A DNA stretch of 64,000 nucleotides from Schmidtea polychroa (lineage: Eukaryota). Positions 24,381 to 39,060 of the stretch are shown piece by piece. Each line of letters opens with the position of its first letter. Position 1 is the first letter of the stretch. The notes under the pieces are model-generated. The model had not been told where the DNA came from, made no database searches, and saw only the letters and a list, made by a program, of their open reading frames with translations. A program made the translations under genes and the position numbers. Where the stretch lies: NCBI GenBank assembly GCA_044892525.1, contig CM097887.1, positions 61,752,001 to 61,816,000 of the forward strand. Direction: 5' to 3'.

Positions 24381-25036
24381 TAAGGTGACCAGACGTCCCG
24401 CTTTTGGCAGGACAGTCCAGATTTTTCACGATTTATCCCGCGTCCCGCAACGTTTTTCAAAAGTCCCGACTTTTAGAATTAAGTTAAATTTTATATTTAT
24501 GAAAATCATTGTTTTGCATTCTAAGAATCCTACGGACTATTAAGACTAACATATTGCTTTTCTTACCCAGTTGCATTGTATTTGTTTCTCAGATGATACA
24601 TTTCGTGTTCGTACTGCGTGCTAGGAAGCTAATTAAACAAATAAATATTACAAATCTGCTACTTACCATAGAAAATTAAGGTAAATAATTTATTTATATA
24701 TTTCATAAATTCATAAATTTTCTTAAACTTAACTTAAGATACTCGTAGTCTTCAATTTTATATTGATAACAAAAAGTATATCACTGGCCCTAATCTTAAA
24801 AGATATTTTAGAAAGAAATATAAAAATAAAATTTTGCAAATATTTTAAGTTAATCAAGCTAATAATATGTCAAGGAATCAAATATTATACAATTTTTTAT
24901 ATTTATAAATTATTGTACTTATGTTAAAAATCAAAAAATATTACCATATTATTTTTATTCTATATGAAAATTTTTGTTGATACCCCCCTCCTTCAAAGTT
25001 ATCCAGCTTTGCCCATCTAAAAATCTGGTCACCTTA
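24381..25036. mobile_element. hAT MITE (Tip100-like terminus)
   Basis: TIRs TAAGGTGACCAGA / TCTGGTCACCTTA. Perfect 8-bp TSD AGTATAAT (24373-24380, 25037-25044). Confidence 0.92.
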
Positions 25037-26393
25037 AGTATAATGCAACCATAATTCACAAGAAATAAATTAAAGAACCACAGTAAAGGTCCCCATATTG
25101 CATGGAACTTGAGACCCATTAGTACGCACCGACTAGCAATAAAAATAATGTATTATCTAATTATGTTTTATGTGACTTGTTACAATTATTTATCTTTGTA
25201 GTTTTTAGTGGAAAAAACAAGATTATTAAGTCAACGAAAAATTTATTCATATTTCCATCAACACAAAATAATAAAATATTATAAATATCATCTAAAACGT
25301 AAAAAAACAATTTTCCAATCTGATTATTTTTCACATGCCCAGAATCTAGATCAATTAAATAATTTCCATACATTTATTCAATGAATTTAAACAAGACACA
25401 AAATCAACCAATTGAATTCAACGATTAACAGATCTGAGAAGTCGAGATTAATAAATAAATGGGAAACTTTCACTAGTGGAATATGTATAAAAAATATATA
25501 TCTCATTTAAAAACGGAACCACAATCTTCACACCGCTGTTGTCTGAGTAAAAAACAAAAAATTATTCCAAAGGGAAATAAGAAAATAGCTAATAAAATTC
25601 CTAAGCATGAAAATTCTTCTTTTAATGTTCCATACTAGAAATTTAATAATCTTAAATAAATTTTTTTTAAAAAAACTAGATTTTTACTTTACATACAGAA
25701 CAATCCGAATGGTATACATTTTGTCTAATAACATTCGGTTGAACTATAATGTTTTCAGTTGAACTTGTTGACCCATAATTTGGAGGGCTCGCTGGATGTT
25801 TTAAAGTATGATAAATTCGGGTTTCTTTGGGAAGGAAAAAATTTAATGTACTTTTTGGATTTAGGCCTTCTGTTGCAGGGATAATATTTCTATCAGTCAT
25901 AATATATAACTGTCAAAATTTTTAATGAAGCATTAAATATTTAAGCTAAATATAAATAATGGAGATTAAAGAAAATTTATTATGAAAATATATTTGAAAT
26001 ATTGATAAAATTTGAGATTATACAAGATTAAAATAAAATAATTAAAATAAAATTTGATTTATCAAAATATAAAAGTTCAATGTTTTGATATATATTAAGA
26101 AATTCGAAATCCATGAGTTATTAATATTGACATTTTAATTATACTAGTAAAAAAATTACAAATATTAAACTTCTTTATTTAATTTGGAGGATATTTTAGC
26201 AAATTTACATACACAAAAATAATCAACTTTTTTAAAATATAAAATAAAATTTTATTAATATTTTAATAGCTGCAAAATGTATTGATTTAAATTTTTTGAG
26301 ATATAGTAGGTTTGATGCCATATTTGACCAAACCCATGTTTTATTAAATCATATGGTAACTAAGGGTTACGTAAACACTTTTAAATTCTAAAA

Positions 26394-29300
26394 ATGACAA
26401 ATCCCATAAGTAGTTTAAATCGATATCCAAGAAGGCCATTTAAAGAGAAAAACTTCTCTAAATTATCTGAAAAACTTGCGAATCTTAGTGGAACTTTTGA
26501 TACTTCAATGTGCCAGGATTTATCATCCCAAATTTTGGATAATGAATTCAATGACTTGCTCGATGATGTAACTACTGACATGGCTAAAAGCAATTTGAAA
26601 AAATGTGTTTTAACATATTTTTATAATTCATTATTTAATATATTGAATAGATTCGAAAGAATATATGAAATCAAATTTACAACCTTTAACAGGAAGTTAT
26701 ACAGCACGCACTAATGAATCTGTGAATTATAAACCATTAAGTGAAGATTATGAATTAATATCCAAGTTAATGAAAAGAATAAGCCAACTGGAACTTTCTC
26801 AGAGATTTCAGGTTTTATCTATTAGAAACTTATTAAAAATACCATTTTTGTATTGATTTATAATGCTAATTATGAATGTTTGCACTGTTTCAGGATTAGT
26901 GAATTAACTGTTCTAGAAATCGCTATAAAATTGTAAGAGAATCTTACCCCGTGAACAAGACCGACTATTAGTTTTGAAGGTTTATTTGTTCATTGAACGC
27001 ATATTTTGATTAAATGAATCATTGAATTAATATCGTTGATTTTTCTAGATAAAAATTAATTATATCTTATATTAAATCTTAATTTTTGGGCTATTTCGGC
27101 CATAATCTGTGTTTTGGTGTATATTTTTGAGTTAATTGCGCACAGGTGTATTTTCTATTAAACCCATAAAAATGTCATGTTAACCACAATGATATTACAT
27201 TCATTATCTTTATTATTAAAAATAATTAGATGAAGTTAAATTCTCCACAAAAATTTATTCCACAGCAGAAAACTGCTCTTTACCAATGGAATATTAAAAA
27301 ATCTTTAAACAATTATATTGATTTATTTTGTTTAAATTTAAAATATAATTTGGGTTACATTACATTGTTTGAATTGATGTGAACACGTGTGATTATTTAA
27401 GGAAATCATTTATTGATTATGAACAACGAAAAACAGAAAAGTACTACATTCGCATGTTTTTAACAGGAAATATGTCCTCACTTGGCTTTTGTAACGTTTT
27501 GGCATTGAGTCAAATCTATCTGGATTATCGACATTGACTTTTCTTAGTTCAGTTTCCAATTTTTGTTCTAGCAAGTCTATATTTTTGAAAGTTCATTATG
27601 TCTTTGATTGGCAAAATAGATTCGGTACCTTAATACGATTTGATCCATATGAGTTTTTAGTTGTTACTTTTTCTAACAAAATAAGGTCTATGTCCTTGTA
27701 CCAAAAAATGACTTTCATCAAAGAACAACACGTTTTTCCAATATTCAATAGTTCAGGTCACATATTTTTTGGCCCAAAAATCTTTGTTTTCACATAACAG
27801 GAGTCAAAAAGTGTTTTTTCTGAGGTCTAAACAAATCTTTCGAAGTGTGAAGTCATGAATAATAACTCCAGTGTGCGCTAAATCTTGCTAAAATTCTTGG
27901 GTTGTTTTTCTAGGATTCAATTTACTTTCCCTTATTAAAAAGCTTCATCTCTTGTTGTCATTCTCTTCCTTATACACTTCCCTCTTCTATTCACCTCAAT
28001 CACCCCAGTATCCTTTTTCTGTTTTAAAATCATGTTCCCAACTCCTTAAGTCACACCGCACTCTTTGGCAATTTCTCTTTGAATCATTTATATATGTTCA
28101 CTTAAAGTAAAAATCCTTCTACATTTCTTGGAAAAAAACAAAAATTTGAACAGTCCTGTTACAGCCTTAGTAAAACATTTTAAAAATCATGATAATTCTT
28201 ACTAAAATATTATAAACAACACATCTGTAACTTGTAAGACATTGGTACTCACTAAATTTCAGAACAGTAAAACAAAACCGCCACTAATTTTGACATAACC
28301 GTGTTGCCAACTGAGAAAACGTGTAAATTATTTCATGTTCACAGTACTGTAATTCATTCGCACAGTACTGTAATATATTATATTTATTAATTTAAATATT
28401 TATAAATTTAATAGAAATATTGATCGATAAGTTTTACATCCTTTAATATTATGATTTACGTGTTTATTAGCAATTTGTTTCCTTTTTAGTTCAATTGGAA
28501 TTCTACCCTTTCAAGTGGGTGTTCATATTGTTTGTGTATAGTTACGGTGACCATACATCCTTTATTTAAGACGGCAGTTCTTTATTTTACTATATAAGGT
28601 ATTATTTTATTTTTTTCGATGTCCTTTATTTTCCCCAAAAAAATGGTCACCGTACTTATAGCGGATTCAATTTAAAAATGATATATTATTAAAATGACAA
28701 ATCCTTGAACCCCAATCTAATAATATATAAAAATTTTCAATTATTTTATGATTGATTTAAATATATTCTTTTAGGAAAAAGAAATTAAGGATAAAATTTT
28801 AAGAATAAAAATTTTAGAAGACAAATGTAAATTGTATCAAAATACTAAACAGATCAATGACACAAATGCCGAGAGGGTTAAACAGTTGGAAAATGAATGT
28901 GAAAGATTGCAGAAACAAGTAAATAGAGATACTTTGAATATGAAATTAAATAATAATTGTTTGAGATTTCAGAAATGGAAATTTTTCTCTCAGATTACGG
29001 TTTGATATGGGTGGGAGAATCAATCGGACCCACCATTGTTGAATCTGATGGAATAAACTTATGGAAAGACGATGGAGTAAAATCATTTGGTAAAATGCTA
29101 TTTGNNNNNNNNNNNNNNNNNNNNNNNNNNNNNNNNNNNNNNNNNNNNNNNNNNNNNNNNNNNNNNNNNNNNNNNNNNNNNNNNNNNNNNNNNNNNNNNN
29201 NNNNNNNNNNNNNNNNNNNNNNNNNNNNNNNNNNNNNNNNNNNNNNNNNNNNNNNNNNNNNNNNNNNNNNNNNNNNNNNNNNNNNNNNNNNNNNTATCAA

Positions 29301-32300
29301 TAGAATAAAAAGGAACGGAAAATATAAAACAAACGCACAATTTTTTTCATTTTCTCCTCGATTTCCTAGCTCCCTACAAGCTGGGCCTATATCAGTGGTG
29401 AGCTATAGGAGGCTCACGCGAGCCCTTTGTTAAATTATTCATGATTTGCGAGCCCCTCGTTCTTTTTGGTAACTATTTAGTGAATTTTTACAAATGCCAT
29501 ATTTCTCTTTCTTTTATTCAATTGTATTGTTTGTTCTATTCCTTATTAATATAATATTGCTGTTTTTTATGTAAAATAAACCATTTAATTAACATTATTT
29601 TGCTTTTTTATATGTCAGTCGCAGTGACACATTACTAGGGTACTAGTTCATACGATTCTCGAGGAAAAAAAAAGAGCGAACCACTTGTTAAAAATTTCAT
29701 AGCTCACTTCTGGCCTATATATACCTATCAGAATACTTTAAAGAACTGGATCAACTGTAAAGAACTGGATAAATGCATTTAGAGGTGGTTACATATCAGT
29801 TTTTGATGACAACCTAAGTGGTTGACCACAGAAAATTTATGGAAATAGTGCTGGAGGAGCAAAAAATAAACATGCATACACAATCCCCAACTTCCAACAT
29901 AACTGTGAGAAGTGTTCATGAACAATTGGGAGCTTTAGATGTGCGAAAATTGTGTTCACGGTTCGTGACTCGTTTTCTATCTGGTGAAATGATGGGAAAA
30001 CGTCGCATCACCTGTGAAAACAACATCGACAATTGGAAGCACCACGGAAATAATCTCTTATGAAATATTCACGCAGAAAATGAAACTCCACTTAAGACAT
30101 ATATCCCTGAGTTTATAAGGCATTCGACTGAGTGAAAAGTCGTTAGTCAAGATGAAATGTCAGACTTTCTACCACTGGATTCTCATGCTTTCTAAATTCT
30201 GAAAAATTAAAAGTCATTTGAATCGAATAAAACAACCAGCATAGAACACCTATTTGCCAAATGATAGTTCAAGAAAAGGCAAAGAGTATTTCTGAAAATT
30301 TGATGATCGACGATAATAATGAAAATTCGAGAGTTCGAGAAATTTCAAAGGTATCATAATTTAAATATTCTGAAGACGAGAGGTGAAACAGCTAGTGCAA
30401 ATGTGAATGCAGTTTTAGAGTATCCAACATTTTAAAAGAACATTAAAAACGTTGAATTTCTTACAGAGCAAAATTGGGCTGTAATGGAAACGCATACCAT
30501 AAAGAACTTATATTTTAAAGAAAGAAAAAACGCCTGTTGACTACACGAATTACACGTCATTTTCGCTACAGGAATTGAGGTTTATCATATTCAAATATAG
30601 GAATTGTATTGTCTCATAATACTGCTTTTATCTGATTAATTTTATTTAAATTTCACGTTCAGCCACATTACACCTTTAGAATAATTCTTTTTCAAACATT
30701 CAATTTAAATGATATTGATGCTTGATTTTCTAGATCTGGATAAGGAGCATTCTTCAGAGAAATATATAGTAGACTATGATAAAATTATTTGTAATATAGA
30801 AGAATTAAATATGCTAATGAAATCAGAAGAATCTCTCGTTACCCTGACAGGTCCTCAGCGGATGGAATTAAAGAAAAAGCAAGCAGTCCCATTAACTCTG
30901 TATGCAAATGGCATATCATTATTTAGCGGCCCATTTAGATCATTTTCAGACAAATCAACTAGAATTGTTATTCAAGTAAATATTTCTTAAATAAATTTCA
31001 TATTATAATTTTAACCTTTTGATTAACAATGAATATTAGCGACCTTAGACTAATTAAATTGACACGTCAATTCCATAATGAGTTTTAATACTTTTATATT
31101 GTCATTATTTATCACTCAATTCGTCCTCAACTGAAAACGAGATGCTTTAGTTATAAATGAAGGCCGAATTTTCAATTACTAGAAATCGTGAATTTAGCAA
31201 GCAAAAATAACATACATATAATTAAAATGAACAACTACCGTAGAGTGCCGATTTTAATACCATGGTACACTATATGGAAAACGCCAAAATTTTGATTTAC
31301 TTTGAAATCCAAATATTATACCAGATACACTATTTGGTTTATTATACCATGGTTTAGTGTACCATGATATAATATTTAGCACTTTTTTAAAAATAGTATA
31401 CCATTGGTACACTATTTGGGGAGGTATACTATTCGGCACTCTATGGTACTTATATCAAATTCTTATTGTTACTTTGAAGTTTCCAATAAATCATAAATTG
31501 AAGCCTCATATAATTCATTTTTATTATAAAAATTTTCGCAGTTAACACATATTCTAATCGTAATTCTTTTACGGATCAGTTGGTAAACGATATCAGAATA
31601 GATTGCACTCGCGATTGATTGATCGAAACGAGAATTAGAACTGAAAGTCGACTGCTGCAAATTGGAAATTAAATTATTGGAAGACTCAAGAAACACAATT
31701 TTTTCAGTTTCTGGCATTCTCTAATATTCCTAACGCACTTATCTGGAATCTTCCTATTTTCGTTTTTTAAACTCTTTAATTTTTTACTTTATATTTTAAT
31801 TATAGATACAATTATACTTTATAAACCACATATGTCACACCCATTCATCTATTAAATTATTTGCTTTACTTGACGTTGGTTTTTTTTATGTGATGAGGAC
31901 TTGTTTATTAATAAAACGTTCATTAATTATTGTTCATTATATCATGATGTTACCTGGCATGTGCCCATTCTATATACAGAGAATACCGAGAAGTAACAAA
32001 ATATCCTTTCAACCCAACCCGAAACGCTACTATTTCTGTTTTAAAATGAGCAAATTTACTCAGAGAGTTGCTAATCACCTTCCCCCAAGCCTGCCTATGG
32101 TTTGGTTCCTCGGATCACTTCGTTCGACAAATATTTTGTGGTCCCAAAATCTGCACAAGGGCCCCAGAAATCCTTGGTACGCCACTGGTACAGTTACATA
32201 CAAAAAAACTTTGATTATCCATCATAAATGAAACCGAAGAATTTTAGGATAATCAAAATATATGCATCAAAGCAAAGACAAAATAATAAATAACAAAGAC

Positions 32301-35300
32301 AAAATAAATAACAATTCAATGTTACATGTCTGATTAAAAATGTTAACTATTGGAAAAGTCACAATTAATCGGAACAATGTATATTCAGATCTTTAGGTAT
32401 TCTCTCTTGTTATTAGTTCTGTTCGGAGATGGTTATCATTGAGGTGCTTGTCTCATCACTATCCCGTTATTTTTCACATTAATTTATATGGTATTTATTG
32501 AGGCCTGTATTGTCATCCTCGATTAGGACAGAGGTGACCCTAGCTCTTCTCTGATCATTCAACATAGGATCATGAAGCCGAATGAAAAGTTTATTCTATT
32601 ATAAAAAAAATAAATTGATGGAAATTTCTTTTCAAGGAAAAAGAAAAAAAATTTTGGTTAAATAAATCAAGCTTTTCAAAACATTTACTTATCCAAAATG
32701 TAAAGATAACATTAAAAATAATCGCATGTACTTCACAAATAAATTCCATATTTGTTAAATTTTTATCTCTTTTGCACAGTATCAAAAGCAAAATTCTGAA
32801 AATTATTTGTCATGTTATAATAATGCCTTTAACGCTATTTCAATGATATAAAAATTTAATTAAATTAAATACCCTACAATTCTTGATTTTTGTCATTGGA
32901 TTGTCAAAAAGATCGCCGATTTTGTCGTCGGTATAATCGTAAATTTTCAGAAATATGAGAAAGTTTTGACAATGGAATAAAAACGTTTTTAGTTGGAAAT
33001 AAATTCCAAGATTTTTGTATGTTACACATTAAAGGTTTATAAAAGAAGTTTATTTTTAAGACTTTACTTTCTCATAATTTTGTGACTTTTGCACGAAGAT
33101 ATACGTCTGAGATGTTTTAGCTTATAGATTTTATAGAAATATTTCCTAAATTATTTTTAAATTTTCAGGATATTATTGACGGGTACTTTCCGTCTGAGCT
33201 TGAAGAAAGATATCCTTCAGGTGTACCGATTAATTTAATAGATAGAAGAAATATATATTTTGATATTAAACAAATCAATGCATTCCAAGGAATCGGTAAA
33301 ACCCTTGGAGGACAATCAACGACATCTAAATTACTAAATGATGGCCAAGAAATCATGTAAGTCATGAGATGATATCATTTATGGTCATTTTGCTAAAATA
33401 ATTCCAGTCACTATATTATAAGAAACGTTTTTACAATCCAATTTTTATTCCATCTTCAATTCCGAAATTAACATTTTATTATCCCGAATTTTATGAATAT
33501 TTCCTTCTCTAACTTATTTTTTGTGTAATACCTGGCATACATTCTGGCTACAAATTACTGCTTATTAAGTGAAAGTAACTAACAAATTCTTTAATTTCAC
33601 ATAGATTAGTATTAACATTAGTACTATGATGTGAATTAAGTTGATATACATTATATTCAATTACATATGTAAATTTTGTTGTATCATAGTTAGGGTTGTC
33701 ACATGTTGAGAGGCTCAAAGTAGGACAAATCAATAACCAAATTCCCTTTCATGTAGTACGTAGGACAAATATCCAAATTCTAGAACTGTCCTACCGAAAG
33801 TAGGACGTGTGGCAACTCTACTTGAGAAACATTACATTTTTTGAGCCAATTGTACTCATGTAGCCAGTTATCATTAAAATAACATTTCCTTTTTTTGTAA
33901 TGTTCATTTCAGCATTATAGTTGTTAAAAATGTATTTTTAAATTTTTAATGATATTCAAAATAATATTTAAAATAATTTCAATTCTTTATCTAATACTTA
34001 ATATTAAAAATACTTAATTTGAACAAATCTTTATTAAAACTGATGTCTTTCTCGTTAAAATTTTTTTTTGTTAAATGGTTCAAAGTAGGACAATTTCCCT
34101 TTCATGTAGTACGTAGGACAAATATCCAAATTGTGAAATTGTCCTACCAAAATAAGGGCATGTGGCAACCCTAGTCACAATACTATTTTTACTCTCTTTG
34201 TCTTAACCTTTTCATTTCATTTTCTTTAATATTTTTCTCATCTCGTGTTGCTTAATTCAATTTGAGTTACAATTTTATAAATTTTTTTGAGGTGATCGGT
34301 GAAATTAAGTACTATCAATTATTGATCATATTCCAAAGAGTGCCTTGTTTAACAACAATAACGGAAAATATATAGCATATTCAAACACGTCTTAAAACAA
34401 TCAATATCTGATTTAATTTAAATTTGATTTATATGTTTCAAAATTTTCTTCTGAATTTAACTTATCAATTCTTTTTTCCTTTTTTAGTTAAATTTTACGG
34501 TTTATATGAGTTATTATTAATATGATTAATATCACGATATATGGCATGTAGATGATAGACAGGAAAATATCCATGTATACCCAGTACATTATATGCGCAA
34601 AAATACGGTAAACGAGGTGTTATTAAGCATTTGAAAACCATCAAAGTTTGGATCTGTTTTTGATTGAAGGTGATGATATCCAGAATGTCATGTAAATCGA
34701 TGTTCTATTAAGCAGATTCAATTGTATGTTGATTATTTCATATCAAAATTATAAACTTTGAAACCTGTTACCTTCAATAACTATATGGTCTTGTGGAGTT
34801 TTTTATTCTAATATAAACTAAAGATCTTTTGAGAAATCTTTCTAATATTATGTAAAAATTGTGAAATTCGAAAATTTTTAAATTGTAAAAATTTCATATA
34901 ACCTTGAAGGAAAAAAGACTTTGAAAACTATATTACTAAATTACCGAGGAAATTGATAATGGGGCCGTCCATAAAGTACGTCACGCTATTTTTGACCATT
35001 TTGAACCTTTCCCTTGCCATGTCACAACCTGTCACAAATTTCGGACTCCCTCACCTAAAGTACGTCACACTTTCGAAGAAAATGTTTTTTAATTAACACC
35101 TAATTCAAATATAATATAATATTTCATAAATTTTACTAACTACTTGGAGGACTTAAACGGGTGATTGGTCATGAAATAGTTTTTGTTATTTATTCTGAAA
35201 TAAACATAACCATTCACTTAACCCTCTAAACCCTAGGATACTATCCCTAATCTCTCCGATACGCATTTCATGCTCATTTCACACAAACTATGGTATTATG

Positions 35301-37813
35301 TCAGATTCGGTAGCTATAGAGGTTTCAAAGGCAACTGATTATCGCCTTTAAGCGGTTAAACGAATCAATGGTATAATGTATATTGTAGCTGTATTGTAGC
35401 TGTAATGCTGATTTATGCATTATAATATAGAGTACATTGAGCAGACACTGTCGATGGTATTGCTTGTGTATATTGCTTCACTTATTATTAAATACATTTA
35501 TCTATATGTATGGGAGTGTTGTATACTTCTAATGGGATGATACATTTATATATTCAAGTAGATAGTGTTGAAAGGGTGATTATCTGTAATGGATGGTCAT
35601 GTGTATTAAAGGCTTCGACGTATAATGGCAATAGCTACATTTTTGTAGAGTATGTAAATAAATATTTCGTTGATCCTGCAAGTAATCATGTGCTTATCTC
35701 AAAGATTAAGCCATTAATGTGCTAGTACACATACTAGTATTCTGAAACCGCGAATGGCTCATTATAACAGCTATAATTTGAGAGATTCTATCATTTTCCC
35801 ACAAGATAACTGTGATAATTCTAGAGCTAATATTTTTAAGAATGCCGTGACTCACGAAGCGGCGGATTTATTAGATCAAAATCAACCCGTTGAAAGACGG
35901 TATTTTGATGACTGGATAATTTTACTGATCGTACGACCTTTGTGTTGACAACATATCTCTTGAAGTGGCTGACCTATCAATTTTCGATGGTAAGATAAAC
36001 GCTTACCATGGTTGTAACGGATAACGGGGAATCAGTGTTCGATTCCTGAGAGGGAGCCTGAGAAACGGCTACCACATCCATGGAAGGCAGCAGGCGCGTA
36101 AATTACCCAATACCGGTTCAGTGAGGTAGTGATAAAAAATAACAATATGGGCCCTAGTGGTTTCATAATTGGAATGAGAACATTTTAAATACTTTATCAA
36201 GTATCAATTGGAAGGCAAGTCTGGTGCCAGCAGCCGCGGTAATTCCAGCTCCAATAGCGTATATTAAAGTTGTTGCAGTAGTTGAAATTGTGTAAAAAGA
36301 TGGTTTGAAATCTATAATTGCAAGCTATCTTGTCCCTCAATGTAGTGTATATCTTTGATGCTCTTTTATGGGTGTTGAGGATGGCCGACAAGTTTACTTT
36401 GTAAAGATTAGAGTGCTTAAAGCAGGCTTACGCTTGTATATTGTTGCATGGTTTTATTTTGTTGGTTTTCCAAACTAAAGGAATGATTAAAAGAGACTGC
36501 CGGGGGCATATGCATGCTGGTGCTAAAGGTGAAATTTTTAGATCATCAGCAGACAGTCTACTGCGAAAGCATTTGCCAAGAATGTTTTCATTAATCAAGA
36601 ACGAAAGTCAGAGGATCGAAGACGATCAGATACCGTCCTAGTTCTGACCATAAAATATGCCAACTGACAGTTCGCGAAGGTAAATTGTCATTTCCTTGCG
36701 AAAAGTCATCGGGAAACCTAAGTCTATGGATTCCAGGGGAAGTATGGTTGCAAAGCTGAAACCTAAAGGAATTTACGGAAGGGGACCCACTGAGTGGAGC
36801 CTGCGGCTTAATTTGTCTCAGCACGAGAAATCTCACCGGTCCGGACACTGTGAGGATTGACAGATTGATAGCTCTATTTAATTATCTATTTAATTATTTT
36901 TAAAGCTATTATATTTTACTAAAAAAATTTTAAAAAAATTAGAAATAAAATTAAAAAAAATAAATATGTGACGTCACACATTGCATGAACCCCCTCATAC
37001 CCCTGTTAGAAACCATCAAATTTTCTTACACCACCCCCCCTGGAGCTCCACATACTTTATGGAAGATATATATTGCTTTGGAAAATTTGATCGCTCTTAT
37101 AAAAATCAATGTTTTGAAACATAATACCCTTAAAATAATTCAACTGTGAAATATCTTTAATAATCAGATAATTTCTTTAGATTTCGCTAAATTTTTTTTT
37201 AATTTTGTGCCATTAATTGTAACAAACATAAATTGATATCAAAATTACACGTTTTTTCTTTGATTTCAACGTGCAATTCACATTCACATATATTTCCAGT
37301 GCAGATAATCAATATACTCAACCGTTCACAGAGATAATGTCGAAAGATAGTAGCACCCAGATTACTATGGGACAATTCCTAAACAAATTACCAACCCACA
37401 ATATCAGTAAAGATGGAAGAATAATATCTATCAGAAATTCAATAAAGGAAATCCTAGAAAACACTTCGCAATCTTCAAATCTAGAAGCAGCCAATGTAAC
37501 AATGGATACATCTAGTCAAATTGATGACACATCAAATGAAGATCTCAATATGACGCAAGAAATTGCTCAAATAAAGATTCGATCATTTGATGGTAACAAG
37601 GTCTATCACATCAATATGAGATCAACTCAGCTGTTAAAGGACCTGTATCAGAGACTTTATAGTCTCACTAATATGATTCAAGATGAATTTCTTTTGGTAT
37701 CGTCTTATCCGCCTTGTCGACAACTATTAGAGATGAATCTCACACTGAAAGATTGCGGATTAACACCGAATGCATTTCTGTGCATGAAAATAGTGAAAAA
37801 GGATAACAAATAA
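26394..37813 (+). CDS. UBXN11: UBX domain-containing protein 11-like (coiled coil, SEP, UBX); 7 exons, 527 aa predicted
   Basis: Exons 26394-26604, 26651-26811, 28775-28918, 28966-29089, 30734-30975, 33169-33356, 37300-37813 join through GT-AG introns with matching phases (1584 nt). Motifs EMEIFLSDYGLIWVGE, VPLTLYANGISLFSGPFRSF, DIIDGYFPSELEERYPSGVP, QFLNKLP and a C-terminal UBX (IKIRSFDG...LTLKDCGLTPNA). Confidence 0.92.
27380..28150 (-). mobile_element. Tc1-family transposase remnant in UBXN11 intron 2
   Basis: Minus strand: RRGKCIRKRMTTRDEAFL..SKLNPRKT and FWAKKYVT*TIEYWKNVLFFDESHF (Tc1 WxxVLWSDESKF motif); multiple stops. Confidence 0.75.
28543..28654. mobile_element. Small hAT-type MITE (112 bp)
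   Basis: TIRs TACGGTGACCAT / ATGGTCACCGTA; degenerate 8-bp flanks TGTATAGT / CTTATAGC. Confidence 0.7.
29760..30170 (+). mobile_element. mariner transposase remnant in UBXN11 intron 4
   Basis: RKLCSRFVTRFLS...RITCENN...NETPLKTYIPE, resembling the mariner WVPHEL-to-DETW/YxPE region. Confidence 0.6.
31238..31446. mobile_element. Tc1/mariner (pogo-type) MITE with TA TSD
   Basis: TA|CCGTAGAGTGCCGA ... TCGGCACTCTATGG|TA, with internal repeated TACCATGGTACACTA motifs in both orientations. Confidence 0.75.
33691..34173. mobile_element. hAT MITE (TAGGGTTGCCAC-type terminus) with an internal duplicated segment
   Basis: TAGGGTTGTCACA ... TGTGGCAACCCTA; an extra end-like GTGGCAACTCTA at ~33810; the motif TTCCCTTTCATGTAGTACGTAGGACAAATATCCAAATT occurs twice. 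Confidence 0.75.
34961..37070. mobile_element. MITE with GGGGCCGTCCATAAAGTACGTCAC terminus, split by an rDNA-derived insert
   Basis: Left end 34961 GGGGCCGTCCATAAAGTACGTCAC; degenerate inverted right end CATACTTTATGGA at ~37051-37063; GTACGTCACAC (~35060) mirrored by TGTGACGTCACAC (~36967). Confidence 0.65.
35663..36875 (+). pseudogene. 18S rRNA 5' two-thirds, degenerate copy
   Basis: Starts TATTTCGTTGATCCTGCAAGTAATCAT..AAAGATTAAGCC; contains GTGCCAGCAGCCGCGGTAATTCCAGCTCC, GATCAGATACCGTCCTAGT and GCTGAAACCTAAAGGAAT; stops after GACAGATTGATAGCTCT. Conserved segments are deleted (AAAAAGCTC after GTTGCAG) or mutated (GAATTTACGG, TTTGTCTCAGCACGAG). Confidence 0.93.
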
Positions 37814-38379
37814 GATGTCATTATTCACTTTAATGCAATATTGTTTATCAAATAAAGTTTATGTTATCAATATACAATAAATTGTTTGAAAGGCGAATTT
37901 AATTCTGATCTAGATCACATTGACATAAATCTTTTAATTTCGTATACGAGATACTTGTCATTGAAATACGGTGACCATAACTGACACTTTATGTGGCACA
38001 ATCTAACAATGTGAACAGTTGTCCCACATTTCAGTCTATTTTTATAAAAATTTCAAGCATACTGGGTTGTTTTTGGGAATCTATATTTTAAAATATATTA
38101 CCAGAAGAATCTAAAATTAAATTCTTACAAATCTCCGTTTGTCAATTCACTAATGACAAAAATATTTTTGACGGTTGAATTTTTAAATTCATCACTGAGT
38201 CGGTTGCTTTATTTTAACAAACGTGAAAAATATCCAATTAACATTATTATTTTAATAATAAATTCTGAATTTTTACAAAATTGTAAGTTAAAAGTAATAA
38301 TTTAAAGATATTTTATTTTGATTTTTAAAAATCCTTGAAAGATAATGTCAAATCAACGAAAATGTAATTTTACTACTGA

Positions 38380-39060
38380 ATTATCAAAGTAATTTCCATA
38401 CATCACCAAATGTAATAAAAAAAATGACATATATGTAAAATGCGAGAAATGTGATGGAACATATTCTATTACTTGAGCAATGTGCGACATCAATCGACAA
38501 AAAAGAAATCTTCGGTGGCAGCAGCCGCTTTATCAGAGAAATTTTTTTAACCGTAGAACCTCTCCATACCACATTTGCTCTCAAGAAATCTAGTCACAGT
38601 ACATTAGAATTATTTCCATTTTGTGATGCAACTAATCTAATGAAATTTTTATAAATAAAATATTATAAAATGAAAAAAAAATAAAATCTCAGCAAAGATT
38701 TAATTTTCGTTTTTATTTCTCAGTCCTTGATACTGCTATTTCTGTTTATGATTGATTTTAAGAAATGAAAAAACTGGATTCAGTTTTTGGATTTATTTTT
38801 AACATTAACATACAAAGAGTAATTGCACAACATCTGCATTTATCGTGTGTTAGGCCTAAGTCATGATGTCTCTAAAGACATCGAAACAATGGATTTGTGT
38901 AATTGCTGTTTTGTTAGTGGCTCTTCTGAATCAACTAAATTAGGATCTTTGGTAATTGTAAAAAGTCTAATGTTTGTCTTCTTAAATTCGATTTTTCCTT
39001 CTTTTCCTTAGCAAGTTTTCGTTATTAGACTCCAGATTTATGCTGATAACTCATTTTTAG
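38380..39060 (-). mobile_element. hAT transposase N-terminal remnant
   Basis: MSYQHKSG..RKLAKEKKEKSNLRRQTLDF resembles the N-terminus of the 2020-5240 transposase; a TTF-finger-like SSNRICSITFLAF follows. Heavily disrupted. Confidence 0.45.

Noticed and set aside
35663-36875. Functional 18S rRNA gene
   Set aside because: Truncated at about two-thirds length, no ITS/5.8S/28S follows, and universally conserved positions are deleted or mutated.
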